A DNA stretch of 63,168 bases, filler included, from Vannella sp. (GCA_023345925.1; 8 parts of 8 records of this genome joined end to end with filler, not necessarily neighbours in it); one strand, 5' to 3'. Numbered from the whole stretch's first letter, positions 1-13,921 are shown. Notes: generated from the sequence alone by a model not told the origin. Made by a program: numbers and translations.

Positions 1-621
1 GAGTACTTCCCGGGTCACTCTTCGTAAGAATGGGCGAGCCATCATGCTTAGCGGACCGGAAGCTGCTTTGTGGGAGAAAGAGGACCAATTATGGAAGCTC
101 TTGAAAGAGGGTCTTGGCAATTGATCTCACTTTGCACAGAGCACAAAGTGGATGCTAACGGCACAATGCCCGAAATGAGGGGACGAATTGCACCCGAGCT
201 GAAGAGGAAAGGTCTCCTGTCTCGTTGCACGGAAGAACAAATTGCAGAATTGATTAATAAAAAGTGATCCAAGGCGAGGTCATTTATTCAGAGGGGTTGG
301 GCAATACCAGTTGGACAAGGAAATCCACGTGGCAGCAGGAAATCAACTCGCACCTTGAGGCCCCAGTCTCTCTCTAATCATACATTATGGCAGATAAACC
401 GAACATTATGTTCTGCTCCATTGCCGAGCTGGCTTCATTCTCAAGAAGTGGACTTCTCTTGAAAGGGGGGATTTTGGCCCAAATGTTGTGAAGCAGAACT
501 CCTTTTTGGGGTAATCGGACACAGCAGCCGCAACATATCGATTCCAAATCGGTCTTATTCATCAAAAACACGATTAGATCGTTCGGCCTGTGAACTGCAG
601 AGCCATACTTTCTCTCACCTT

Positions 622-1134
622 ATGAACTCTCCCATCTTCCGCTTGGCTGCCTCCGAACGACATCAGAGGGATGCTCTTGAGTTACACTTGGGCTCTGTGA
701 ATTCCACTTCCAGCCTCAACTCCAGACCTTTGCACTACGCTGTGCTTGGCGGTAATGAGGAGACTGTCCACTTCCTCGTCTCCAGAGGAGCTCGGGTGCA
801 GGTCTCGAACGCATTTCAGGAAACACCTCTTCATTGGGCATGCAAAGAAGGCAATCTGAGTATCGTGCGGTTCCTGCTTCAACAAAACGCAATGCCAGAC
901 TCTCAAGACTCCAAAGGAAACACTCCCATGCACTGGGCAGCCGAGTTTGACCAAGAAAAGGTCATCCTCTTACTCCTTGAGTACGGGGGCCCATCATTAC
1001 GGCTTATTGAGAACGAAGATGGCAACATACCACGCAAACTGGCCAAACAAAACAAATCAAAGAACGCTTTGCAAGCTCTCCGAAGATCTCGAATCCCCAA
1101 TTCCTCTTCTCATCCTCTCCTTGCGCGCAGATAA
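622..1134 (+). CDS. Ankyrin-repeat protein
   Basis: 170-aa ORF with PLHYAVLGG, ETPLHWAC and GNTPMHWAA ankyrin motifs. Confidence 0.9.
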   Translation: MNSPIFRLAASERHQRDALELHLGSVNSTSSLNSRPLHYAVLGGNEETVHFLVSRGARVQVSNAFQETPLHWACKEGNLSIVRFLLQQNAMPDSQDSKGNTPMHWAAEFDQEKVILLLLEYGGPSLRLIENEDGNIPRKLAKQNKSKNALQALRRSRIPNSSSHPLLARR

Positions 1135-1270
1135 AGAAACACAACTAACAGTTGTTATCTTTCCACTGGTGTTGAGAGGAGACGGATGACGCTAATGGCT
1201 CAAACCGGGTTATAACCGGGGACGGTTGGTTGGGTCAGGGAATCTTCTTTGTTCTTTTGCGTTGCCCGCA

Positions 1271-2081
1271 ATGTTTGGTCATTCTTTGATGGCTCGCTTT
1301 GTGGGTTTGCTTCTGCTTGGCCTTTGCGCTTTTGTGTGAGTTTCTGGGGCGGTTTGGCTCCTCTGTTAACATGTCAAGGGAAGGATGTCGCTTCCATGTG
1401 ATAAGGTCTCCAATGCAACAGATTGCGTTGCGTATGATGACAATGACGTCGCCTACTTCTTGGACGGGGTGAGAGAAGACTGCTTTGGGGATTCTTTGGT
1501 CCAGAATGAGAACTTACTCAGAGAGGCATGTCACACCTAGCTCTCTAACCCTGAGTTGACGCCCCAGTATGATGGCGAACAAGTCACCTATTCAGCGTGC
1601 TTCCGCCCTCTCATTAGCAAGTTCTGCATCAACATCGCGTTGGACCCTAATGGCGACTTCTTCGTGGTACGTGAGTGTCTCTTACTCGCCTCTCACTCAC
1701 CATGAGAAGAACGTGACTCTCTCCCTCTCCATTGACGGGAAGACGATCTGGTCTGACGAAGTGACCCTCCCTGAGCTCCTCCAACCCAACGGGGGAGTCT
1801 GTCTGGACGATAACACAGTCCTGGAGATCCTCCTCTTGATCCCTGAACTCCACGATGACATCAAAATCATCAAGGGCATCCTCGACGCGACTGGGTGTGA
1901 ACCTCGAGGTCTCTTTTCGATGTGTTTCTTCTTCAATCCTTGCTCAGGAAGTACTCCCTCGTCTGACCTCTGCGGTTGCTTCAAGTTTGACATTCAGCTT
2001 CTCTATTGGCGAAGCTATTGCGTGTACAAGTACCAAACCACTGTGGGCTGTGTCGGAGCTGGAAGTGCCTTGGCGGTATGA
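1271..2081 (+). CDS. Secreted cysteine-rich protein, spliced (loosely DUF4773-like)
   Basis: Hydrophobic N-terminus (MARFVGLLLLGLCAF). Three short introns join the exons into SLPCDK...YSACFRPLISKFCINIALDPNGDFFV|NVTLSLSIDGK...LCGCFKF. Confidence 0.6.
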
Positions 2082-2247
2082 AGATCTCCATCAGTTCGTT
2101 GGTACATAAACTACTCGTTTGCCTAACGCCTCATTCATTCACTGGAGTCTCCCTTCCCAGTTGGTGGCAGGCGAAGAATGATGACCAAAAAGTAAAAATG
2201 TAAAATCATTTCAAAATCACTTTCTATTTGCTCCCGGTTGATTTTGA

Positions 2248-4641
<2,394 letters not shown>

Positions 4642-4750
4642 CGGGAAATCGAATCTTTATTGTTCTGATCTCGCTGGACCCTCCGCTTTAGATGAATCAA
4701 GCAAAAGAAGAGCAAAAGGACTATTCTACAGTGCATTGGTGATCTCCAGA

Positions 4751-6758
4751 TTAAAGCTCATTCTCCAGCGGTGTCGTCTCTGAGGATGAGTCGAGCTGAG
4801 TTGGTTGGTCCTCTGCTGTGGATTTGTCAGGTTCTCCGCCAGAGTGCAAAGTGGCACACTTACTTTGAGTCGGGGATTTGGGAGCTGATCCTCCTAGCAA
4901 GCTGCGGTTACTACCACGCGTGGCAGGGAGGGAGGATTTCCATTGGTTTCCGGGCGAGGGAAGCGAAGAAAAGCTGATCCTATTCAACGTTGATCGACCA
5001 GGAGATATGAGAGGGGAGGGAACAGTATCCAAGTGAGGTTCAGTGAGTTTTGCCAAATCCAAAGCTGTTGAATTGGCTTCCTCGATCACTTTCTGAGGAA
5101 CTTCTTCGTCCTCTTCTTCCTCATTAGCTACTTCAGGCTCTTCTATCAATTCAAGCGCAGGCTTGGTTTCAACGGGGGCTTCTACTCCTTTTTTAGGGCT
5201 ATCTGGTGCTGAAGACACCACCAGCGCATCTCGGGCGGGGAAAGCGTGGGTTGCGAGTTCTTGTTTGCGTTGGGAATCAGGTTTGAAGTTCTCCAAGTCA
5301 GAGAGGAGAATGCCGAGCATCTCAAAGATGAAAGGATCGTCTCCCATTGGATTTTTTGATTGCAAGAGTGCTGAGACATCGTCTCGGGTGGAATCTATAA
5401 CCTTCTTGAACCCCATATATCCCACAAGCATCTGATTCCACTTCTGGTCGAAGAGGCGGAAGATGATGGTGTAAAGCTCCTCCCAAGCTTTCCTGTTAAA
5501 GAAGAACAGAGGGTACGTATCCATTGTCGGGAACCAGGCAGCCGGCTTTCGTAAGCCCAGCAGGTTGACCATCAAGTGGGTGATGTTAATAGATGCTGTG
5601 GCAAAAGGATATTCCATCTCAGAGCTTTGTTGCTGATCGCGAGCCATAGAGAGGAAGATAGAAGGGTATTGCTCCGCGAAATACACCAAATTCGCCAGTC
5701 CCAGCATTCCTGTTCCTCTGAAGTCGCTTATTGGATCGTCTCGCTGGAATCCCAAGTCTTTCCAGCGGTTCAGCTGCAACGCAAAGTCTATCTTCGTGCC
5801 ATCTGCGTCAGACACTCCCAAGTTGCTGGCGTCCCATAAACGCTGCAGATAGTCGATGTGCTCTGGGCAGGCCTTGTCGAACGTTCCCTCAAGTAGGAAC
5901 TGGATCTTATCGCCTATTTCCTGAAGCTCCCTGCTCTCTGTGTCATCCGTGATCTTGGCACGCGCCAAGGCGCTCAAGAACAGCGAGCATTCGTCCTAGA
6001 GCAAGTCAGATGGTGCTGCAACAGTTAGAGAAGTATCTCACCCCTTCATTCACTACATGGAAGGTGCCCTTGTCTCCAGTGGCAGAGAGTGTAAAGCTGG
6101 TTCCGTCCGATGATTGCTTCAGGACCACCTCACTCGTCGGATACATGTAGCAGGGCACGTTAGATCGTTCATCCTAGTGTCTTTGTTAATGGACAAGTCA
6201 CAAGGGAGTAAGCAATCGCACCTCGAAGCAAAGAAGGCTCTTCTCCGTTAACACGAAAAAGCAGATGTTCTTGCGAGCTCCTGCGGCCGCAGCACCCTTC
6301 TTCTTGACAAACTTAGAGATACCTGATTGCTTTCCTTTGCGTTTGAAGCTTTTCTGGACTACGACGAGCTTCCTGCAGCAAATACGAGGGAGAAAGGACC
6401 GGCAAGCGTTCTCGACCTTCTTCCCTCCTCCCACGAGCTCGTGGAGGTTGTCGTCGATTGTATGGAGCAACTCGCAGAGCTCTTCAAGTTGCTGGATGGT
6501 AAAGGGGATGAAGCGAACCAGGGGAGGGATGGAAGGGTTGGTCAAAGACACGAGAACTTGAGTCCCGTCTGTTTGTGATGATTTGATCTCGCCAAAGGAG
6601 GCCACCCAGATCTGCACGCTATCAATGTACTTGGTAAGGCGGAAGTGCGCCCAATCAAACTCCAAAACGACGTGCTCCACACCGCCGTCCACCTGCTCTC
6701 GTACTCCAAAGTAGACCGCCGAACGGCTACCTGCAGGCCGAGCACTATTCCCACTCAT
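4751..6758 (-). CDS. PH-like plus ELMO/CED-12 domain protein, spliced
   Basis: WKDLGFQRDDPISDFRGTGMLGLANLVYF and EYPFATASINIT are ELMO motifs. Upstream exons read FFVLTEKSLLCFE (PH-like). Confidence 0.85.
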
Positions 6759-7061
6759 AAGTTCGCAACCACACGAAGCTTAGCCTTCTACGCCGGCCCA
6801 GGCGTAAGAAACAATAATCCCATCTAATCCACAAGTCAGAGTCAAAGCCACCTTCCCCATTCAATTTTCCACATCTAATGCATGTCTGTATCAAAGACAG
6901 ACCAAAACCAATCGCCATTTCGGATCCGATTTCCAAATCGGGAATCCGGTCACGTGACACGATTCAGATTTAAGACCTCTGTTGCGAAGGATGAAAGCTG
7001 ATGATTTAGGTTTTATGTTCTGACTGGGTTTTTGGAGGCAGTTTCAGTTTCTTTTGGGGGG

Positions 7062-8246
7062 ATGGAAGATGTTGAGGAAGGGTCTTCGGGAGAGTTGAAG
7101 GAGGAACAGGGGAATGAGCAAGTGAAGAACCTGCTGGATCCTTTGTGCGATCTTGCATGTCAACCGCTGGCTGAGGAGGATCGATCTTGCAGCAACTGGA
7201 TGAGGGACTTGGGTGAAGAAGGGTTGGGGGAGCTCAGCCTCTTTCAAACACTGATTCCGGGCTCCCACGACTCAGCCACAAGCGAAATCAGAAGAGGGAA
7301 CGATTATGCGTCCGATGGACCCAAGTTTCTTCAAACTGCAGGTCGCTTCATGCGAGGCGGTCCTCTCAAGAGACTTGTTTGTCGTTGGGCCATCGCACAA
7401 GAAAGAACAGTGGCGCAACAACTGCTAGATGGCATCCGCTACTTAGATCTTCGAGTTGTTTTGGTCAAACCACACACCAACGCACCAACCGGAGATCTCT
7501 TCACTTGCCACGGAGTTCTAAGTGACAAACTTGACGACGTTCTTGGCGCTGTCGGCCACTTCTTGACGGAACACCCAAGAGAAATAGTGATTCTCGACTT
7601 TAATCATTTTTACGGTATGAACGAGGCAAGCTTTGACGGTCTCGCCCAACAACTCAAAGATATCTTTGGAGACCGCCTGGCCAACAAAGAAGTCTCCATT
7701 CACAATACCATTGGGCATCTCTGGGAAATGGGCATTTCGGTCTTTGTCTTCTTCGATAAGGAGGATGTTGTCAGAAAATATCAGTTTCTGCGCTCTCAGT
7801 CGCAGCTGAAGAGTGCCTGGATGGATGCACCTGATATTCACATTTTGAAAGACAGATTGGATGGACATCTGAATCTGCGGCGCGAGTGTATGGCTGGGAA
7901 CCGCTCTGATAAGCGAGACTACAATCAGATACTTCACGTTACTCAAGGCATTGTTACTCCAGATCCAAGAATGATCGCTCGCAGTGCCTTCGGATCTTAT
8001 TCTCTTCTGGAGTTGGGGCGACAAGTTAGTCCTCTCTTTCTCAAGTGGGTCAGAGAAGATTGGAGGCACCACCATCTGAACATCATTATCATTGACCATT
8101 ATCACTTCACACACTTCGTTCCCCTTCTTATTCAGATGAATCAAGAGAGATTACGAGCTCTTGGAAGCAGTTTCTCTCTTTCAAATCAACCAAACGTCCA
8201 GAATGATCCTTTTAAAGAAGACATTTCAGATGAAAAGTCTGATTAA
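7062..8246 (+). CDS. PI-PLC X-domain-containing protein (PLCXD-like)
   Basis: IPGSHDSAT, QQLLDGIRYLDLRV, HPREIVILDFNHFY and LNIIIID motifs. Confidence 0.92.
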   Translation: MEDVEEGSSGELKEEQGNEQVKNLLDPLCDLACQPLAEEDRSCSNWMRDLGEEGLGELSLFQTLIPGSHDSATSEIRRGNDYASDGPKFLQTAGRFMRGGPLKRLVCRWAIAQERTVAQQLLDGIRYLDLRVVLVKPHTNAPTGDLFTCHGVLSDKLDDVLGAVGHFLTEHPREIVILDFNHFYGMNEASFDGLAQQLKDIFGDRLANKEVSIHNTIGHLWEMGISVFVFFDKEDVVRKYQFLRSQSQLKSAWMDAPDIHILKDRLDGHLNLRRECMAGNRSDKRDYNQILHVTQGIVTPDPRMIARSAFGSYSLLELGRQVSPLFLKWVREDWRHHHLNIIIIDHYHFTHFVPLLIQMNQERLRALGSSFSLSNQPNVQNDPFKEDISDEKSD

Positions 8247-8307
8247 TACAAAAATGGAGAGAAAGAATCGAATCAGAGTCCCTAATGAGCATGAGTTCTA
8301 ATCCAGA

Positions 8308-10459
8308 CTATTCCACCGCATTGTCTTGGTAGAAGGTGAGGAAAGAGTACATGATAATGTACCCAGGGTTCTCTGTTGGATTTGGATCTGCGCCATTGAA
8401 ATAGCCGTAGTAAAGGACCGTGTTCTGTCCCTCTTGCAACTCCAAAGTGACATCCACTAGCCAAGGTTTTACCTCCTGCCCATCACACCATCCGTCCTAT
8501 TTGATCGTTAATTAGTGCAAGCAATCAATGGCGGTTTGCTTACTCTCCCATACAGCCAAGTACCGTACTCATTTGGCTCAACACCTTGGTTAGTTCGATG
8601 GGCGCATCCAAGAGGAGTCCCAGCGTTTCGAAAAACACGTGAATTAGAGTCGTCCCCATTGAATACGAAGTGATGAGATGTAACACAAAACTCGCCGCAC
8701 CCGTTGTTGTCACTCCCATGACCAGTAATTACAGCTGAAAGTTCTACCTTCTTAGTGCCTTCAGGCACTGTAAATTGAATGGGCTGGTACTTAGAGTTAT
8801 AGCTGCTATCGAACGTTCCACCTTGGAACAAGGGTAATATTTGACTTGGATGCTGGGATTTCGGTTGGTAATCATGGAAGCGGAGATTCAAGGTGGGAAC
8901 CCAATTCTCAGTGGTACCACAGGATATCTGGAAGTGACATTCTGTTGACAACGCTCCCTCTTCAGTAGCAGCAAATAAAGGCAGCAGAGGAGTCACATCT
9001 GTAATCCAGCGGCCAATCCTACGTTTGAAAGGAGTGATCCAGCGACCCAGCTCTTGGTCACAGAAGTAGTCCTGAGTTCCATTATTGGTAACGCTGCTAC
9101 TAACCTGGCCGCAGCACATGTAAACGCTTAGAATGCGGTCCCAAGCTGGACAAGAAGAATCTTTTGGACCTGGGCATCCCAACGCCATATCCAACAAGAG
9201 TTGGGAGTATCCATTGAGCTTGAAAGGAGCAGGAAAAGAGATCACTGAGCTGTTCGTTGGCCCGTTCATGATGGTCTAGAAGAGACCTAATCAGAGGGAA
9301 GGAGAATACAAATAATTGTGACTTACATTGTTGAACACATTCACCACAAAGTCTTCCGTCTCAGGGACAGTAGAAGCATCAATTGTGGTCAGCAAGTCAC
9401 GATAATAATCAAAATACTGGGCTTCCCATGCCAGGAAAGACATGGAAGGATATTGAAAAGTGCCCATCTCTTGCAACATACTAGAACAGTCAATAGCAAA
9501 CGATAAACCATCACTAGACTGTGCCGTAAATTGAATAGCAACTGGCTGGCTCTCTTTGAGTATCCGTAAGAGAGTCAACCCAACACTATTTGAGACCATT
9601 GTGACCGGAATGTCCACCAAATAGCAAGATGGCTTCCTGCAGTTAATGTCTATCAAAGGTACATTGGGATCACTGTAGACAATCACACCCGCAGCCCCAG
9701 CTCTTTGAGCGTTCAAGAACTTCTTGCTCCAATAGCAAGTGGAATTGACTTGTCTGCTCACCAGGGCGATGGATCCACTGAAGCTTCCGTTAGGTGACTT
9801 GCTACAACCGTCTCCAAAGTCTACTAAAGGGAAGCTTCTGCTGGTGCCAAGGACAGAGCTAATGGACTGCATCCAAGGCCAACGGCCGTCCAGACGGGGC
9901 TCCCACTTGGTCTGAGCCTTGGCTGTGAACTTCACTCCATCAAGGGTAGATGGCCACTCTTGAAGCAGACGTGGGATCCAGTTGTTCAGCTGCCTCGCAG
10001 GAGTGACGCAAAAGTGTGCTCTCTTGTTCCAGGAGCCTTTAGGAGAGGTCATTGCAAGGTTCTGGCAAGTAGCAGTCACTTACTCTGTTCTGTGGGACTA
10101 AGTTTGAGTGCAAGCATCGTCTCCTCGAAGATCTGATGAAGAGCGACAGCAGTGCTCTCGGCGTCCTCGTCAAGGCAAAGGAACACGTACTGGGTGTCCT
10201 TTGGCGAGCGCCAGAAGAGGTTCTTCACGTAGAGTTCATTATACCACATGGCTTGGTCAAACCCAGACTGCGCTGTGTATGTAAGGAAGATGACAGCCTC
10301 TTGGGTGCCATTCAAATAGTACGAGAAGTTCCCTGACAACGTCTGCAACCAGAACGGCTCCACCACGTCACCTGGATTGAGTGCTGCCTCAGACCTAGGA
10401 TCTACTCGCACAGTCCTGCCCAATGCCAGCCCCAGCAACAGCCACAAGAGCCACGCCAT
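8308..10459 (-). CDS. Secreted PA-domain plus PNGase F-type peptide-N-glycosidase, 4 exons
   Basis: Signal peptide MAWLLWLLLGL; PA domain (KFLNAQRAGAAGVIVY); CPAWD, ELGRWITPF, ITGHG..GCGEFC and YGTWLYGR|DGWCDG. Spliced stop at 8308. Confidence 0.85.
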
Positions 10460-10536
10460 CTCACAATAAACCCTGCTGCTCCTAAACCCTAAATATTGCA
10501 CGGTTACCCTAAACCCTAACAAGAGAGTAACTAGGT

Positions 10537-13500
10537 TTAGGTGAATCGGGACATGAGACCAATGAACTGATCCAAGTCGACAGCGTTGCGATAGGTGGTC
10601 CTGATTTCAGTCAGAATTTGCTCCAACATGAGATGTTTCTCATTGCAGGTGCTGAGATAAACAGAGTCCTCGACACTGGAGGGCTTTTCAATCCATCCAA
10701 GCATGTCCAAGATCTCAGCAATACTTCCAGTCTTATCTACGAGTGCTGTGAACTCTTCTGTGGTGAGGAAATTGTCTCCATTGTCGTCTGCTTGGTCGAA
10801 GAGGTCAGATAGAACTTGGATCTCGAACTTGTTCAATCTGTTGATGCCAGACTTAACCTCTTTGGCAGTGGCCTCCGAGTGCGCTTTGTTCCAAGTCTCT
10901 TGCATTGCAGCAAACCCAGCATCGCTGTGGAGGTATCTGAAAGCAGGGTCAATCATGACTGCCTCTTCTACCATTCCACTCTCTGAGGCATCGTTGAGCG
11001 CTTCAATAGCTTCTTGGTAGTGTTGTAACTTTGCATGTGCTTTGGCACGTAGGAAGGAGGCCAGCATGAGATCCTGAGAAGTGAGCTGGCCCAGCGCACT
11101 TTCATTTGTGTTAGAAACAAGCTTTTCCAACACCGCCAATGCTTCAACCATCTTTCCTTCCTCCACAAGGTCCTCAGCTCCGGCAAGTAGAGACGAGATG
11201 TGAGTTTCCTTACCCTTAGCCTCTCCAATTGAGGCTTCAATCTCTTCAAAGTTCAACTTGCCAAACTCGCAAGCCTCAATCAACGATGGATCGTACTTCG
11301 GCAAGTCAGAAGACTCCATCTCAATGAAATAAGCATAACTGGGTCTCTGACTCATTGGGGTTGGAGTTGCAGCGATCAAAACAGTATTGATTTGGTCGCA
11401 GCTCTTCTGAAAGTCTCGTGCAAGAACATTCATCTTCTTAGTGAAAGATTTCAATGACCCTTTGGCTTGGCTAGACTGAATAACGCTCTTTTTAGCGTGG
11501 CGAGAAACTACTTCTGTTTTTGTCTTGCTCATCAATTCAAAAAGAACAAAAAGTAGGTTACTCAGCCTCACACGAGAGTTGCTGTCCAAACCGGAAGCTA
11601 GAAAGTCTTGAATATAGCTAATAACAGGACGGAGGTGCAGAATTTGGGCTAAAAGAATCCGGAACTGAACCTTGTAGCGTCTAACGCCCTTCACGTCTTC
11701 TTGAAGCATATCAATCAGGAAGGAGAGTTTGTCACACATTTCAAACGCCCCATCTCCACTGCTGAGTGCCGAGTACTCTGACTTGACCCAGTGGCTTTCG
11801 ATCAAACGGCGATAAACAGGGGAGCTGTGATCTGCTATTCCAGCATAAGCCATATTAGCTGCGGCTCCTTGCAAAGATTGAGCCTTTTGAACTGCTTTGC
11901 GCCACACTGGAGGGTCAAACGTGAGCCGCCCAAATGCATCAAAGTGGAGATGAGTTCCGCAATGTTGGCCCCCTGCCAGGGAAGGTACGCAGTCTTGGTT
12001 GTTCGTGATACGGATGTAGTTGGTGTTGGGGGAGCTTATATCAATCTGCTCCTTAAACTTCTTATTGCCTGCACGTGGTTGCCCAATTGTGTAGACAGAA
12101 GTGATAACTCGTGGAGTATCTGATAAGACGAAATAGCCTAAACAGAGGTTGGCAAGCGCGCCGCCAAGTGAATGGCCGCAAATGTGAATCTGCAGATTGG
12201 GATGGAGTCGCAAGGCTTTGTCGGTAAACGCTTTGACTTCGTCCCAAACACTCTTCAAGGCTTCGTTGAAGCCATTGTGCACTCGAACCCCACTCTTCAG
12301 ATAGCGCCGAGGGAATTGCACTGCTTCTACCATCACAAAGTTGAGATTCGTCATCCAATCTCGGATAGACTCAGTTCCACGGAAGCAAATAATCAGGACC
12401 TTGTCATTGTGCATGCAGAATCCTTGAGTGTCGCTGACAACGTTATCAATAAAGAGAAAGCCGCTCATGTCATAGACATCACACGCCACCGCCCGTACAA
12501 TTTCTTCTTTGCGATAAGAAAGGGCACAGCATGTGACCAGCCAGAGGGCAATGTTCGTGTTGAATCCATACTTGCGCTGTGCTTTGGTTTGCTTCGTTAC
12601 ATCGTTAGAAGTGTCAAACTCGGGTAACTCTCCATAGGAAATGAACTTCCTGACACCAGAGGTTGGTATTTTTACTTCTCTCCGTCCTGTTGCACTGATT
12701 TGGACAAGCTCAGACCTGAGAAGGGTGTGGCCGACGCTTTGAGTTGCTAGTGGGGCAGGGCGAGTGGTAGAGCGAGCAGTTGCGTCCGTCCCTTGTTGGA
12801 TTGGCACACATACGCTACGAACGTGCAATGAGCCGCTCACCTTCTCTTGGGATTTTTTAGCTCTTGGAAGTAAGGGCGCTTCTAGCTTAGATTCCATCTG
12901 CACTGATGGATGCGGGATTTGCTGACGAAACCAAAGGAAAGCTTCTCCCATGAAGGTGGGCCCAGAGATGAGTCCCTTATCCCAACAGGTAAGTTTGATG
13001 CCATCATAGTTGCTCCAAGTGGCTTCAGCATTCAACGAGAAGGCTTGGAAGCACCAGACTGGGAAGAGCTCTGCCTTGACCGACTTCGTTTTGGTTTTGT
13101 TGAATGTTTTGATGTCTTTCCACATGCCAGCGACTTGCTTAGCTTTGACAAGCTCAACAGTAACAAAGGGGTTACTCTTTCCAGCTCCCATGTGCAACGC
13201 AACCAAGTCGCTGCCAGAATCAACGAAGAACTGCCAAGTAAAGTCGGCCAAGTTGGCCAAGTTCGTTGTAGTTTCTTCAGGACTCTGTTCTCTTCCCTGG
13301 AACTCCGACATAATAGGTAGAGAAGACGTGTAGATGCTCTGGGAGCTGACGGGAGAGCTTTCCAGAACATATCCCATGGAGTGAAGTCTTGGAGGGAGAG
13401 CGGGAGGGGGATTAGCTGGCTCATTTCCACTCTCTTGAACCTGGACGTACGTTGGGGCAGTGTTGGTACCATAAGAACTTCCTTGAGCAGGAGCACCGGC

Positions 13501-13806
13501 GGTAAAGGACGCGTAGGAAGACGCAGGGACAGATGTGTAAGCTACAGCACCAGTGACAGGGGCCATTGCGTTCACATCAGATGCTTGATTACTACCAAAA
13601 GTATAACTAGCATAAGCAGGAGCCGCAGGTCCAGGTGCAGATGCTGGTGTAGGTGCAGAAGGTGAAGCGTTTAGACCAGAAAGATACGAGGGAACTTGAG
13701 AAGGCGAGTCCGCCCCTTGATGACTTCCTCCCAGGTATCCAGGTAACGGAGTCGAAGTGCCACTTTGCTGAGACCCCAGCTCGGCCACGAGGTTCGCGTA
13801 GCTCAT
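10537..13806 (-). CDS. Multidomain protein: C2, class-3 lipase, helical bundle, TPR-like, EF-hand
   Basis: C2 (KSNPFV, WDKGLISGPTFMG); lipase FRGTES, VHNGF, GHSLGG, NNQDCVP, ADHS; EF loop DDNGDNFLTTEE. First ATG at 13806. Confidence 0.88.
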   Translation of the reverse strand: MSYANLVAELGSQQSGTSTPLPGYLGGSHQGADSPSQVPSYLSGLNASPSAPTPASAPGPAAPAYASYTFGSNQASDVNAMAPVTGAVAYTSVPASSYASFTAGAPAQGSSYGTNTAPTYVQVQESGNEPANPPPALPPRLHSMGYVLESSPVSSQSIYTSSLPIMSEFQGREQSPEETTTNLANLADFTWQFFVDSGSDLVALHMGAGKSNPFVTVELVKAKQVAGMWKDIKTFNKTKTKSVKAELFPVWCFQAFSLNAEATWSNYDGIKLTCWDKGLISGPTFMGEAFLWFRQQIPHPSVQMESKLEAPLLPRAKKSQEKVSGSLHVRSVCVPIQQGTDATARSTTRPAPLATQSVGHTLLRSELVQISATGRREVKIPTSGVRKFISYGELPEFDTSNDVTKQTKAQRKYGFNTNIALWLVTCCALSYRKEEIVRAVACDVYDMSGFLFIDNVVSDTQGFCMHNDKVLIICFRGTESIRDWMTNLNFVMVEAVQFPRRYLKSGVRVHNGFNEALKSVWDEVKAFTDKALRLHPNLQIHICGHSLGGALANLCLGYFVLSDTPRVITSVYTIGQPRAGNKKFKEQIDISSPNTNYIRITNNQDCVPSLAGGQHCGTHLHFDAFGRLTFDPPVWRKAVQKAQSLQGAAANMAYAGIADHSSPVYRRLIESHWVKSEYSALSSGDGAFEMCDKLSFLIDMLQEDVKGVRRYKVQFRILLAQILHLRPVISYIQDFLASGLDSNSRVRLSNLLFVLFELMSKTKTEVVSRHAKKSVIQSSQAKGSLKSFTKKMNVLARDFQKSCDQINTVLIAATPTPMSQRPSYAYFIEMESSDLPKYDPSLIEACEFGKLNFEEIEASIGEAKGKETHISSLLAGAEDLVEEGKMVEALAVLEKLVSNTNESALGQLTSQDLMLASFLRAKAHAKLQHYQEAIEALNDASESGMVEEAVMIDPAFRYLHSDAGFAAMQETWNKAHSEATAKEVKSGINRLNKFEIQVLSDLFDQADDNGDNFLTTEEFTALVDKTGSIAEILDMLGWIEKPSSVEDSVYLSTCNEKHLMLEQILTEIRTTYRNAVDLDQFIGLMSRFT

Positions 13807-13921
13807 GCCAACACAAAGGCCACGCGAAAATGAGATCTGATTGGTGGATTGCCAAATTTGGAAGTCTTCAGCTCTATTTTGATTGGCCGAGGGATATTGG
13901 TGAGATCCTGGTTTTAAGTGA

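Noticed and set aside
622..1134. Similarity between the ankyrin genes at 622 and 15136 as a recent duplication
   Set aside because: The shared residues are mostly ankyrin consensus, with no evident nucleotide-level repeat.
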